This document shows positions 22,620-32,731 of a stretch of DNA of 64,000 nt, piece by piece. Under the pieces are notes generated by a model. That model did no database searches and had not been told where the DNA came from. It worked only from the letters and a program-made list of their open reading frames with translations. Within the stretch, counting starts at the first letter, position 1; every line of letters starts with the position of its first letter. The translations under genes were made by a program, and so were the position numbers. This DNA is from Verrucomicrobia bacterium Tous-C9LFEB. GTDB lineage: Bacteria; Verrucomicrobiota; Verrucomicrobiia; Methylacidiphilales; UBA1321. The stretch covers positions 165,933 to 229,932 of the forward strand of contig NEUU01000005.1 in the NCBI GenBank assembly GCA_002304345.1, in the 5' to 3' direction.

Positions 22620-22743
22620 GACGAAATTCCTTAAAGGCAGTTTTGACGAAATTAACGAGATTAACGAAATTGAAAGACAGGAAAATCTTGAGTTTTTCTT
22701 TCTCTATGGGTTATGAAATTTCGTAAATTCCGTTAATTTCGTC
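22620..22743. repeat. atp intercistronic repeat R3 (atpA|atpG gap)
   Basis: One extra partial left unit (GACGAAATT at 22620), then GACGAAATTAACGAGATTAACGAAATTGAA ... GAAATTTCGTAAATTCCGTTAATTTCGTC. Confidence 0.8.
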
Positions 22744-22761
22744 TAAAAATTCTTTCCCTTC

Positions 22762-24291
<1,530 letters not shown>

Positions 24292-24328
24292 GGCTTTTTA
24301 GTGGTGTGGAGTTGTTCGGAAAAAAGGG

Positions 24329-24721
24329 TTATTGCAGGTTCTGGCGCAGGGTGTTGAGGCGACCGCGGATGGAGTCATCCCAGACATCGCTGCCGCGCTG
24401 GACGCGCAGGCCACCGATGAGGGAGGGGTTGATCGTGTAGTTCTTTTGCAGAGCGGGGCCAAATTTGCGTTCGAGCGCGGCGAAGGCGGAGGCACCCTGG
24501 TCGGGCAACGCGACGGCGGAGGTGACGCTGACGGTGTTTTGCTCGACTTCGATTTCCACGAGCTTGAGGAGCCGGGTGGCGATGGCGAGGTAGTTGCGCG
24601 GCTTTTGCGTGCAGAGCGCGTCGACGGTCTCGCGCACGCGGGATTCGTCGAGCTGTCCGTTCACGACGGAAAACTTGAAGAGCTTCTTGGCGGTCTGTCG
24701 GGCTTCGCGGTTGATCTTCAT
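24329..24721 (-). CDS. atpH: F0F1 ATP synthase subunit delta (OSCP)
   Basis: 130-aa protein between atpF and atpA whose C-terminal region resembles OSCP (LIGGLRVQRGSDVWDDSIRGRLNTL). Shorter than a typical delta subunit. Confidence 0.65.
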   Translation of the reverse strand: MKINREARQTAKKLFKFSVVNGQLDESRVRETVDALCTQKPRNYLAIATRLLKLVEIEVEQNTVSVTSAVALPDQGASAFAALERKFGPALQKNYTINPSLIGGLRVQRGSDVWDDSIRGRLNTLRQNLQ

Positions 24722-24741
24722 TTTTTGAAGGGGATTTTTTT

Positions 24742-24854
24742 GACGAAATTAACGGAATTTACGAAATGGAAAGGCAGGAAGGCTTCGATCCGATTTCAGC
24801 TTCTTGTCTCGTTATTTTGTTTTAATCAATTTCGTTAATTCCGTTAATTTCGTC
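24742..24854. repeat. atp intercistronic repeat R4 (atpF|atpH gap)
   Basis: GACGAAATTAACGGAATTTACGAAATGGAA ... CAATTTCGTTAATTCCGTTAATTTCGTC: same arm structure as R1-R3. Confidence 0.8.
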
Positions 24855-24873
24855 TAAAGCTTTTTCTTTTCGC

Positions 24874-25431
24874 TCAATTCTGGTTCGCGATCTGGCGGAC
24901 GGTTTCTTCGTTCAGGCGGGTCTGGTCGTCGGCGGTGAGGACCTTGCCGCTGACCTTGGCGGTGGTCTCGATGACGAGCTTGGCGACTTCCTGTTTCAAT
25001 TCGGTGAGCATGCGTTCGCGGTCGAGTGCGGTGGCTTCATGGGCCTTGGCGATGAGCTGCTCGGCCTGAGCGACGGCTTCCTGCAGGCGGCGTTCGCCTT
25101 GGACGGCCGCGGCTTTCTGCGCGTCGTTGATGAGGGCGGTGGCTTGTTCGTTGGCCTTCTGGATGATTTCCTTGCGGGTGGCTTCGGCGGCGGCGAGTTC
25201 GGCCTTGATCTTCTCGGCGTTGTCGAGGCTGTCCTTGATCGTGTTGCGACGCTCGTCGAGCACGGTGAGGATGGGATTGAAGGCGTATTTGTAGAGCACC
25301 GCGCAGAGAATGCCGAAAACGATGAACTGTGAAATAAAGTGAGGAAGACTCACTCCAAAGGTCGTGAGCAAGTCTTGATTAGCAGTCTCTTCGGCTGCCA
25401 GATTCGCCAGTAAGATAGTATTGGAAAGCAT
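24874..25431 (-). CDS. atpF: F0F1 ATP synthase subunit b
   Basis: 185 aa: N-terminal TM helix then a long charged coiled coil (AEAAEATRKEIIQKANEQATALINDAQ...). Sits in operon position between atpE and atpH. Confidence 0.8.
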   Translation of the reverse strand: MLSNTILLANLAAEETANQDLLTTFGVSLPHFISQFIVFGILCAVLYKYAFNPILTVLDERRNTIKDSLDNAEKIKAELAAAEATRKEIIQKANEQATALINDAQKAAAVQGERRLQEAVAQAEQLIAKAHEATALDRERMLTELKQEVAKLVIETTAKVSGKVLTADDQTRLNEETVRQIANQN

Positions 25432-25491
25432 AAAAGTACCCGAGAGTCATTCAACCTCCACCACTTGGATAGAGGTTGAATGAGAATTGAA

Positions 25492-25776
25492 TTACATGCC
25501 CATCTTGCCGAGGAAGATCGCAAAGAAGACGATACCTTCTGCGAACGCCATGGCCAAGATGCTTTGCACGAGGATCGGGGTGGCGGCACCGGGATTGCGG
25601 CCGACCGCTTCCGAGGCTTTCATACCAATCAGACCCACGCCAATGGCCGAGCCGACTGCGGCGAAGGCGATGTGGAAACTGCCCGAGAGTTCTGCGAACA
25701 TGGTTAACATGATGTGATTCTCCGTTGTGTTTATTGTTGTTCTGCCCTGTCCCCGCGATTGAACACGGTCGGACAA
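25492..25776 (-). CDS. atpE: F0F1 ATP synthase subunit c
   Basis: 94-aa hairpin proteolipid with GxGxGxG-type helix packing. The conserved acidic residue lies in helix 2 (ILAMAFAEGIVFFAIFL). Confidence 0.9.
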   Translation of the reverse strand: MSDRVQSRGQGRTTINTTENHIMLTMFAELSGSFHIAFAAVGSAIGVGLIGMKASEAVGRNPGAATPILVQSILAMAFAEGIVFFAIFLGKMGM

Positions 25777-25786
25777 AGCAAAGTGT

Positions 25787-26638
25787 TTAGTGCTTGGACT
25801 CTCCGTGATCGTCGTGCTTGATCATCATCCCGGTGAAGGCCGCCGTGAGCAGGCAGAACACCAAGGCCTGCACAATCGCAACCAGCAATTCAAAAAAGTA
25901 AAAGGGAATCAACGCCACGCAGGCCCAGATCGGACCGGCCGTCTCGTACATCGATTCGAGCATCTGCTCACCGCCGTAGATATTGCCAAAAAGACGGAAG
26001 CTGAGCGACACTGGGCGAAACGCGATGGAAACCACCTCGATCAAGCCCGCACCAAAGAAAATCAGGCCAAAAAGAATCGAGACCAACACGCCGATCCAGC
26101 CCTTGAGACCGAGTTCTGCCTTGGAGCCGAAGATGTGCTGGAAAAATCCCTTGAGGCCGAGCGCTTGAAGAGACCAGACAATCCAAAGCAACGCAAAGGT
26201 TACGGCCATCGCCGCTGTCATGTTCAGATCTGCATTCACCCCGCGCAAGAGCGGCTTGGTGACTTCGAAGTGGCCATGCACGTCTTCGCCCCAGCCGATG
26301 CTGCCGACGCCGGGGATCAGCGCGAACAGGTTCATCGAAACGATGAAGATGAAAATCGTGGCGAAGAACCAGAAGGTCTTCTTCGCACCCTCATAACCGA
26401 GGATGGGTTCCAAAATACCGAAAAGCTTTTCAATGACGACTTCCAGAAAACCCTGCTTACGGTCGGGTACCGTTTGCAAATTCCATGTCGCCCAACGTAC
26501 TGCCGCAATGACAATGAGAGCGGCACCCCACAGCACGACCATCGAGTTGGTGATGGGGAAGGGTCCGATGCGGAGCACCTCGACCGGGCTCATGGGCAAG
26601 GAGGCAAAAAATGCCGTATTTGTCGCGATTGGTAACAT
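25787..26638 (-). CDS. atpB: F0F1 ATP synthase subunit a
   Basis: 283-aa multi-TM protein. The conserved R in the penultimate helix lies in the LSFRLFGNIYGGE region. First gene of the operon, preceded by an AT-rich promoter region. Confidence 0.9.
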   Translation of the reverse strand: MLPIATNTAFFASLPMSPVEVLRIGPFPITNSMVVLWGAALIVIAAVRWATWNLQTVPDRKQGFLEVVIEKLFGILEPILGYEGAKKTFWFFATIFIFIVSMNLFALIPGVGSIGWGEDVHGHFEVTKPLLRGVNADLNMTAAMAVTFALLWIVWSLQALGLKGFFQHIFGSKAELGLKGWIGVLVSILFGLIFFGAGLIEVVSIAFRPVSLSFRLFGNIYGGEQMLESMYETAGPIWACVALIPFYFFELLVAIVQALVFCLLTAAFTGMMIKHDDHGESKH

Positions 26639-27083
26639 AAGGAAAGGCTAAGTATGATTGTCAGATTTGGATTTTAGGCAAGTCTAAGTTGTGAAAAATT
26701 TCACAATCTCTTCTAATGGTTAAAGTTCAAGGACTTATACTAATACGGTTAAGTAGAAGTAATAATGGGTGGGTAAGTGTCTTTAGACGAAATAATTACA
26801 CTTTATGAAAAAGTGCCGGTGCCGACCTGTTTTCGTCTCGAAACGAATCACCCTCTCTTCTCCTCCCTCTGTAGACCGGCGTGTCGGGTGGGTCAAACCC
26901 TTCTTAAAAAGACCTTTTTAGGCCCGGTCGCCAAAGGGGTATCGGTAGCGATCTTTAAAAAGTTTGGCAAAAAATGCCATTAAATTACGAGAGAGGCACA
27001 GCGTAACTCCTTATGAAGTTGGTGGTTAGTAGGAGTAAAAAGCCGAAATATCGCTCACTAACAGGATCAGGGTGACACTCCCT

Positions 27084-27210
27084 GTCCGAGAGCTTGCGCC
27101 CGCCGAAGCCACCGGCTTCGGCTACACCCGGAGTTCCATTGAGAAGTTCACCTGTCGCGATAGCGTTGTAGCCGAAGCCGGTGGCTTCGGCGGGCGCAAG
27201 CTCTCGGACG
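27084..27210. repeat. Perfect 41-bp inverted repeat (48 bp with one mismatch) around a 40-bp spacer; MITE-/cruciform-like element
   Basis: Left arm CCGAGAGCTTGCGCCCGCCGAAGCCACCGGCTTCGGCTACA (27086-27126) is the exact reverse complement of 27167-27207. Each arm also contains its own palindrome, GCCGAAGCC-acc-GGCTTCGGC. Confidence 0.85.
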
Positions 27211-27490
27211 GGGGCTCATAGGTCTTGAGTGTCATTTCTGCTGTGGATTCGCGACCTAACAAAGGCATGCGAGTGGTGGCGCTGCCGCTGTCGCTGACAT
27301 GAACCTCGCTCGACACGATAAGGTTATTTACTAATCTCAACTACTTTATACCGCATAAAAAAGCGGGTAAACTGCTTGCTGAAAGGCGAATGCGATTGAT
27401 GCTTAAGGAGCTAAATGACCTGACTTTTTGGAAATTCTGATTGCATCTTGTGGCAGAACCCGTAACTTGCTCGCTCAAGAAAGGATACGA

Positions 27491-28147
27491 ATGAGGATTT
27501 ACCTCGCCGAGGCCATCGGCACCTTCGCTCTCATCTTTATTGGTGTGGGAGTGATGCAAAACACGGATAATCTGTTAACCATCGCTTTAGCGCATGGGTT
27601 AACCATCGCCGTCATGGTCTCAGCAGTGGGCAGCATCTCTGGAGGTCATCTTAATCCCGCCGTCACATTTGGCGCGTGGGTGGGAGGCAAAATTTCCACG
27701 GCGGAAGCCGGGAAGTACTGGGTAGCGCAATTATTGGGCGCGACCTTGGCAGGGGTGTTAGTCACCATCCTCTTCGGCAAAGGGGTCGTAATCCTGGGTA
27801 CGCCCGGATTATCGGCCAAGACAACCTATCTTCGAGCCATCGCTATTGAGGCGGTCACTACATTCTTCCTGGTGTTTGTCGTTTACGGCACCGGAATTGA
27901 CCGCCGCGGTCCCAAAATCGGGGGCCTGGCCATCGGCTTGACGGTAACCATTGGAATTTTGGTGGCATATCCGTTTACAGGCGGCGCCCTGAATCCAGCG
28001 CGGGCTTTTGGCCCGGCACTGGCCTCGGGCGATCTTCTGTTCAACGGCTGGTCCTACTTCGGGAACCACCTGGTTTACTGGTTTGGCCCTCTTTTGGGCG
28101 GTGCCTTGGCCGGTCTCATTTACGGCCGTTATTTGCTGAAAGATTAA
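27491..28147 (+). CDS. aqpZ: Aquaporin / MIP-family water channel
   Basis: Two NPA boxes (GGHLNPAVTFG and GALNPARAFG) and six TM helices. The ORF in the track (from 27428) is trimmed to the M at 27491. Confidence 0.9.
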   Translation: MRIYLAEAIGTFALIFIGVGVMQNTDNLLTIALAHGLTIAVMVSAVGSISGGHLNPAVTFGAWVGGKISTAEAGKYWVAQLLGATLAGVLVTILFGKGVVILGTPGLSAKTTYLRAIAIEAVTTFFLVFVVYGTGIDRRGPKIGGLAIGLTVTIGILVAYPFTGGALNPARAFGPALASGDLLFNGWSYFGNHLVYWFGPLLGGALAGLIYGRYLLKD

Positions 28148-28189
28148 GCAACGCACTCGAACACTCCTCGTTCGTTCACAACTCGCAAC

Positions 28190-28744
28190 ATGAATACAGA
28201 TACACGGCCGCGTAATGGTGGCTCAGGCCGCCGCCGTCGCGGTGGACGCAATCGTCGCAATGATACCCGCAGCAGCAGCGGTCAGGGCTACGCCCCCCGC
28301 CGCAAGGAAGAAACCAGCCTCTTAAAAAAGATTCTGGGTTGGTTTGGCTTCAAGTCGAAACCCGCCAGCAGCTCGAGCAGCAGCAGCTATAGCTCGCCCA
28401 AACCCGTCAGCGAAAAAGCCGAACGTGCGGAACGCCCCGCGCGCAAGGAACTCACGGCCGAACCGCCGGTTCCCCAGGAAATCACCAGCACCAAGCTCTA
28501 CATCGGCAACTTGTCCTATGACGCCGCCGAAAGCGACTTGTTCGACCTGTTCTCCAAGGTTGGCGCGGTGAAAAACGTGGAAGTGGTCATGGACCGCCAA
28601 AGCAGCCGCTCCAAAGGCTTCGGCTTTGTGGAAATGGAAGAACTCGAAACGGCCAAGCTCGCCGTGGAAAAGCTCAACCGCACCGACTTCATGGGCCGCC
28701 AGATCGTCGTGAGCGGTGCCAAGACCGACCGCCGGGCAGCCTAA
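28190..28744 (+). CDS. RNA-binding protein with an RRM domain and an Arg-rich N-terminal region
   Basis: RNP-2 (KLYIGNL) and RNP-1 (KGFGFVEM) motifs in the C-terminal ~85 aa. The N-terminal ~90 aa are R/S/G-rich. Confidence 0.85.
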   Translation: MNTDTRPRNGGSGRRRRGGRNRRNDTRSSSGQGYAPRRKEETSLLKKILGWFGFKSKPASSSSSSSYSSPKPVSEKAERAERPARKELTAEPPVPQEITSTKLYIGNLSYDAAESDLFDLFSKVGAVKNVEVVMDRQSSRSKGFGFVEMEELETAKLAVEKLNRTDFMGRQIVVSGAKTDRRAA

Positions 28745-28765
28745 TTTCCGGCCTCTCGCAAAAAA

Positions 28766-28793
28766 GGCGCACTCGCAAGGGTGCGCCTTTTTT
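28766..28793 (+). terminator. Rho-independent terminator after the RRM protein gene
   Basis: A-run, GGCGCAC-tcgcaagg-GTGCGCC, then TTTTTT. Confidence 0.8.
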
Positions 28794-28849
28794 CGTGTCG
28801 TGGGGGCTCTAGAGCGTTTTAAATAAAACTATAGCCGCTGGTGCCTTGC

Positions 28850-28900
28850 TGTAGGGCGGCTCGGTGAGCCGCCATGGCGCTTCACCGAAGCGCCCTACAG
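28850..28900. repeat. REP-like double-hairpin element (copy 2)
   Basis: TGTAGG-[GCGGCTCGGTGAGCCGCC]-at-[GGCGCTTCACCGAAGCGCC]-CTACAG: an outer TGTAGG/CCTACA stem enclosing two GC hairpins. Confidence 0.75.
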
Positions 28901-28986
28901 AAAAACCAATGGCGTTCGTAACGGCTACAGCAATTTTTAAAATGCCCTAGACTCCATCAAACGGTGAAGATTTGCATTTGAAAATC

Positions 28987-29079
28987 ACTTGGGCCGAATT
29001 CGCTCTTTTACGTCTGCGTAAAAGGCGAATTCGGCCCAAGCGGGGTTTCCAAAGGGAATCATTCCCTTTGGCGGGGTTT
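28987..29079. terminator. Pair of strong hairpins in the convergent gap between the RRM protein gene (+) and the lactonase gene (-)
   Basis: A 24/25-bp inverted repeat CTTGGGCCGAATTCGCTCTTTTACG-tctg-CGTAAAAGGCGAATTCGGCCCAAG (28987-29039), then CCAAAGGGAAT-ca-TTCCCTTTGG + CGGGGTTTT (29048-29079). Confidence 0.5.
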
Positions 29080-29095
29080 TAAGGGGCGGAGCCGC

Positions 29096-30208
29096 TTAGT
29101 AAAACACAACGCACACGGTCGTGCCGACGGTGGCGGACTGATCGGTGAGCGAGAGTTTGCCGGTGGCCGGATCGATGCGGAGCACGGCGACTTTGCCGTC
29201 TTTTTGGCCTGTGGCGAGAATCCACCGACCGCTCGGGTCGATGGAGAAATCGCGCGGCACCTGCACCCCGGCGGAGACGTTATCCACGTAGGTCAGTTTG
29301 CCATCGGTCCCCACGGCGTAGAGCGTGATCGAGTCGTGGCCGCGATTCGAGGCGTAGAGCCAGCGCCCGTTCGGGTGCAGCTTGATCGCAGCGGTCGAGG
29401 TGCCTTCGCGCGACACGCCTTCCGGCAGGGTGGAGATCGTCTGCACTTCTGTCAGCGCGCCGGTTTTTTCGTCGCGAGCGAGCACGCTCACGGTCAGCGC
29501 CATCTCGTTGATCAGGTAATAGAATTTGCCATCGGGAGCGAGCGCGAGATGCCGCGGTCCCGCGCCGGGCGTGCCCTTGAACGCGGCGGGTTCATTCGGC
29601 GTCAACGTGCCGCGCGCCGGATCGAATTGAAAGATCCAGACCGAGTCGGTGCCGAGATCGCACGAGTAGACGCGGCGATTGTCCGCATCCGCGTAGATGG
29701 AGTGCGCGTGCGGCTTCGATTGCCGTTGGGCGTTCACGCTCGAACCGGTGTAGGCGATCATCGCCGTGCGCGCGCCGAGCGAGCCGTCGGCTTCGATGGG
29801 GAAGCTGATCACGTTACCGCCGTTGTAATTGGCGACGAGGACATTCTTGCCCGTGGCGTCGACGCTGATATGGCACGGGGCCGCGCCCTCGGCGGAACGC
29901 GTGTTGAGGAAGGTCAGCTTGCCATCCGCTTCCACGCGGAATGCGCTCACGGACCCCTCGGGGGCTTCCGTCACGGCATAGAGAAAATGGCGATTGGGCG
30001 AGAGCGCGACGTAGCTGGGATTCTTCGCGGGCGCGGCGAGGGTGATCGGCCCGAGCTGGCCGGTCTCGGTGTTGAAGACGCCGAGGTAGATGCCCTGGCT
30101 GGGCGGGGTATTGGTGTAGGTGCCGAGGTAAAAACGAACGTCGGAAGCAGTCGCAGTCATGGTCAATAAAATGGTGAGAATCGAAAGAAGTGGGGTGAAG
30201 AGTTTCAT
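29096..30208 (-). CDS. Lactonase, 7-bladed beta-propeller (6-phosphogluconolactonase / COG2706 family), secreted
   Basis: Signal peptide MKLFTPLLSILTILLTMTATA, then ...YLGTYTNTPPSQGIYLGVFNTETGQLGPI... typical of the COG2706 lactonase family. The ORF is trimmed to the first Met that precedes a signal peptide. Confidence 0.75.
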   Translation of the reverse strand: MKLFTPLLSILTILLTMTATASDVRFYLGTYTNTPPSQGIYLGVFNTETGQLGPITLAAPAKNPSYVALSPNRHFLYAVTEAPEGSVSAFRVEADGKLTFLNTRSAEGAAPCHISVDATGKNVLVANYNGGNVISFPIEADGSLGARTAMIAYTGSSVNAQRQSKPHAHSIYADADNRRVYSCDLGTDSVWIFQFDPARGTLTPNEPAAFKGTPGAGPRHLALAPDGKFYYLINEMALTVSVLARDEKTGALTEVQTISTLPEGVSREGTSTAAIKLHPNGRWLYASNRGHDSITLYAVGTDGKLTYVDNVSAGVQVPRDFSIDPSGRWILATGQKDGKVAVLRIDPATGKLSLTDQSATVGTTVCVVFY

Positions 30209-30408
30209 CCGATTTCTCCGCACCCTAGAAGTCCGCCTGTTGGTTGGCAAGCCGCCTGTCTTTCTCATTTGAACCTGCGTGACGGCAGCGCTGAGCCTTG
30301 CACCCGGTGCGCACCGCTTTCGGTTCTTGTCACAGTGAGTTAATTCATCGGCGTTCTCAACCTTTCTAGGGCGGATTTCGAGTTCATTGTCGCATCCCAA
30401 ACAATCCC

Positions 30409-30545
30409 AGCCGATCCTTCGACAAGCTCAGGATGACGGGTTGGGGAGGTAATCTCAAATGATCGTGAGGAGTTCTGGAGAGAGCAGAAAGTTATCTGAA
30501 ATATTACTTTCACTCCACGTCATCCTGAGCTTGTCGAAGGATCAG
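30409..30545. mobile_element. MITE-like element, family A copy 1 (TIR GATCCTTCGAC-nn-GCTCAGGATGAC)
   Basis: CCGATCCTTCGACAAGCTCAGGATGAC ... GTCATCCTGAGCTTGTCGAAGGATC flank an ~80-bp core. No coding capacity. Confidence 0.7.
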
Positions 30546-30667
30546 TTGGCTTGCTCCACGAGTCTTAGCGTTGCGACAATCTAGTTGAAAAAGGCCCTAA
30601 TATCGTACTTCGGTCCTTCCTGATTCGCTTGTCAGCGGCCAAAGGAGAGCTATAGATTGACCTCACT

Positions 30668-31243
30668 GTGATACCGTTCGCCTTTATCGCTGATTGGTGG
30701 TCGGACCAAACGCTTTCGTTGCAGATTTTCTGGGGCATCGGTTTGGTGTCGTTGGGATTGATCGTTTTGCAGGCGGTGCTCGGTCTCTTTGCCGGACACG
30801 ATGGGGATATCTCCGTCGATGTGGCGACCGATCACGAACTGAGCGGTTATCTCTCGCTGAAATCGATTTCCGCTCTGATGCTCGGTCTTGGTTTCGGCGG
30901 CGTGATGGCGATCCAACACAACTATTCCATTCCGGTGGCGTCGGCTTTTGGCCTGCTCATCGGTCTCGTCATCACGGCGAGCTACGTGCTGCTCATGAAG
31001 TTCGTCTACAGCCTGCGGTCCGACGGCACGGCGATTTTGAAAGAGGCCATCGGCTGCAATGGCACGGTTTACATGCGCGTTCCGGGAGCGAATTCGGGCG
31101 CGGGCGAAATCCAGGTGTCATTCAGCGGTCGGCGGCAGAACGTGAAGGCCTACACGACGGGGCCGGAACTCGCCACCGGCACAGATGTCAAAGTCACCGC
31201 TCTGCGCGGGGAAAACGCCTTGGTCGTCGAAAAGCTTTCGTAG
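30668..31243 (+). CDS. NfeD-like membrane protein (partner of SPFH/flotillin)
   Basis: N-terminal TM helices plus a C-terminal OB-fold-like soluble domain. Immediately upstream of the flotillin gene, the usual nfeD-floT arrangement. Confidence 0.65.
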   Translation: MIPFAFIADWWSDQTLSLQIFWGIGLVSLGLIVLQAVLGLFAGHDGDISVDVATDHELSGYLSLKSISALMLGLGFGGVMAIQHNYSIPVASAFGLLIGLVITASYVLLMKFVYSLRSDGTAILKEAIGCNGTVYMRVPGANSGAGEIQVSFSGRRQNVKAYTTGPELATGTDVKVTALRGENALVVEKLS

Positions 31244-31297
31244 GGTTCACACGGGTCGGTTTTTTTCACAACCACAAATAAGAAGGAAAAAGGGATT

Positions 31298-32704
31298 ATG
31301 CCTGAGTTGTTTCTCATTGCCGGAATCGCGGTTCTCGTCTTTGCCGTCATCATGACGTTGCTCACCCGCTACAAGCGGTGCCCGTCCGACCGCGTGCTCG
31401 TCGTCTACGGTTGCGTCGGCACGGGCCGCAGCGCGAAATGTCTGCACGGTGGCGCGGCCTTCATCTGGCCGGTCTTTCAGGACTACCAGTTTCTCGACCT
31501 GCACCCGATGTCGATCGATATCCAGCTCAACAACGCGCTCTCGAAGCAGAACATCCGCGTCAGTGTGCCGTCCACTTTTACCATCGGCGTCACCACCGAC
31601 CCGCAGATGATGGGCAACGCCGCCGAGCGGTTGCTCGGGTTGAACAACGTGCAGATCATCCAGCTCGCGCAGGAAATTATCTTTGGCCAGATGCGTCTCG
31701 TCGTCGCCACGATGCGGATTGAGGAAATCAACGCCGACCGCGACAAGCTGATCGAAGCGATCACCACCAACGTCAGCACCGAATTGGAGAAGGTCGGCCT
31801 GCGCCTCATCAACGTCAACATTCAGGACGTGATGGACGAGTCCGGCTACATCGAGGCGCTCGGCAAGGAAGCGTCCGCCAAGGCCATCGCCGATGCGAAG
31901 ATCAAAGTGGCCGAAGCCGAGCGCGATTCCGAAATCGGTAAAGCCGAAGCGGACAAGGAAATGACCGTCAGCGTTTCCAATGCGCAAGCCCTCGCCACGC
32001 AGGGCCGCAATGAAGCACAAAAAGCCATCGCCCAATCGAACGCCGATCTGCGCGTGAAGCAGGCCGAAGCGGCGCGCCAGGCGCAGGCGGCGGAAAACAT
32101 CGCCAAGGCCGACGTCGAACGCCAGACCTTCGAAGCCGAAGCCGTCGCGCAACAGGCCCGTGCCGAGATGACGCGCAAGGAACAGTACGCGGTGCAGGTC
32201 GTTCCTGCGGAAATCGCCAAGGAAGCCGCCATCGTCAACGCCGAGGCCGATGCGAAGCGCGTCACCATCGCGGCGGAAGCGGAAGGTACGAAGATCTTCA
32301 CGATCAAGCAGGCCGAGGGTCTCGGCATCAAGGCCGTGCTCGAAGGCCGTGCGAACGGTTTCCGCGAACTGGTCAGTGCTGCTGGTGGCAACGCCAACGA
32401 AGCGGTCGTCGTCCTGCTCGCCGATCAACTCCCGAGCCTCGTCGAATCGCAGATGAAGGGCATCTCCAACCTGAAGATCGACAAGGTCGTCGTCTGGGGT
32501 GGCGGCGAAGGCGGCGCGAGCGGCGGCGTCTCCGGTCTGCTGAAGGATCTCATCACCGGTCTCCCGCCCGTGACCGATCTCGCTCGCGCGGCGGGGATCG
32601 AACTTCCGCCCGTGCTCGGCAAGGTCGGCGCGGAAACGAAGCCTGTTCCGGTTCCCGCACAACCGGTCGTCCTGCCGCCCGCCACGCCGAATCAGCAGGC
32701 GTAA
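31298..32704 (+). CDS. Flotillin-like SPFH (band 7) domain protein
   Basis: N-terminal TM helix, SPFH domain, and a long E/A/K/Q-rich coiled coil (AKIKVAEAERDSEIGKAEADKEM...). Confidence 0.85.
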   Translation: MPELFLIAGIAVLVFAVIMTLLTRYKRCPSDRVLVVYGCVGTGRSAKCLHGGAAFIWPVFQDYQFLDLHPMSIDIQLNNALSKQNIRVSVPSTFTIGVTTDPQMMGNAAERLLGLNNVQIIQLAQEIIFGQMRLVVATMRIEEINADRDKLIEAITTNVSTELEKVGLRLINVNIQDVMDESGYIEALGKEASAKAIADAKIKVAEAERDSEIGKAEADKEMTVSVSNAQALATQGRNEAQKAIAQSNADLRVKQAEAARQAQAAENIAKADVERQTFEAEAVAQQARAEMTRKEQYAVQVVPAEIAKEAAIVNAEADAKRVTIAAEAEGTKIFTIKQAEGLGIKAVLEGRANGFRELVSAAGGNANEAVVVLLADQLPSLVESQMKGISNLKIDKVVVWGGGEGGASGGVSGLLKDLITGLPPVTDLARAAGIELPPVLGKVGAETKPVPVPAQPVVLPPATPNQQA

Positions 32705-32731
32705 AGATTGGTGTTATCAGGGGATTGGACC

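Noticed and set aside
27122-27559. Two 72-aa minus-strand ORFs between atpB and aqpZ.
   Set aside because: They overlap the perfect inverted repeat and an AT-rich promoter region. No signal peptide or conserved motif. Most likely non-coding.
29096-30400. Extended N-terminus (MGCDNELEIRPRK...RVRRNR) of the lactonase ORF.
   Set aside because: The internal Met at 30208 is followed by a canonical signal peptide (MKLFTPLLSILTILLTMTATA). The upstream extension has no such features.
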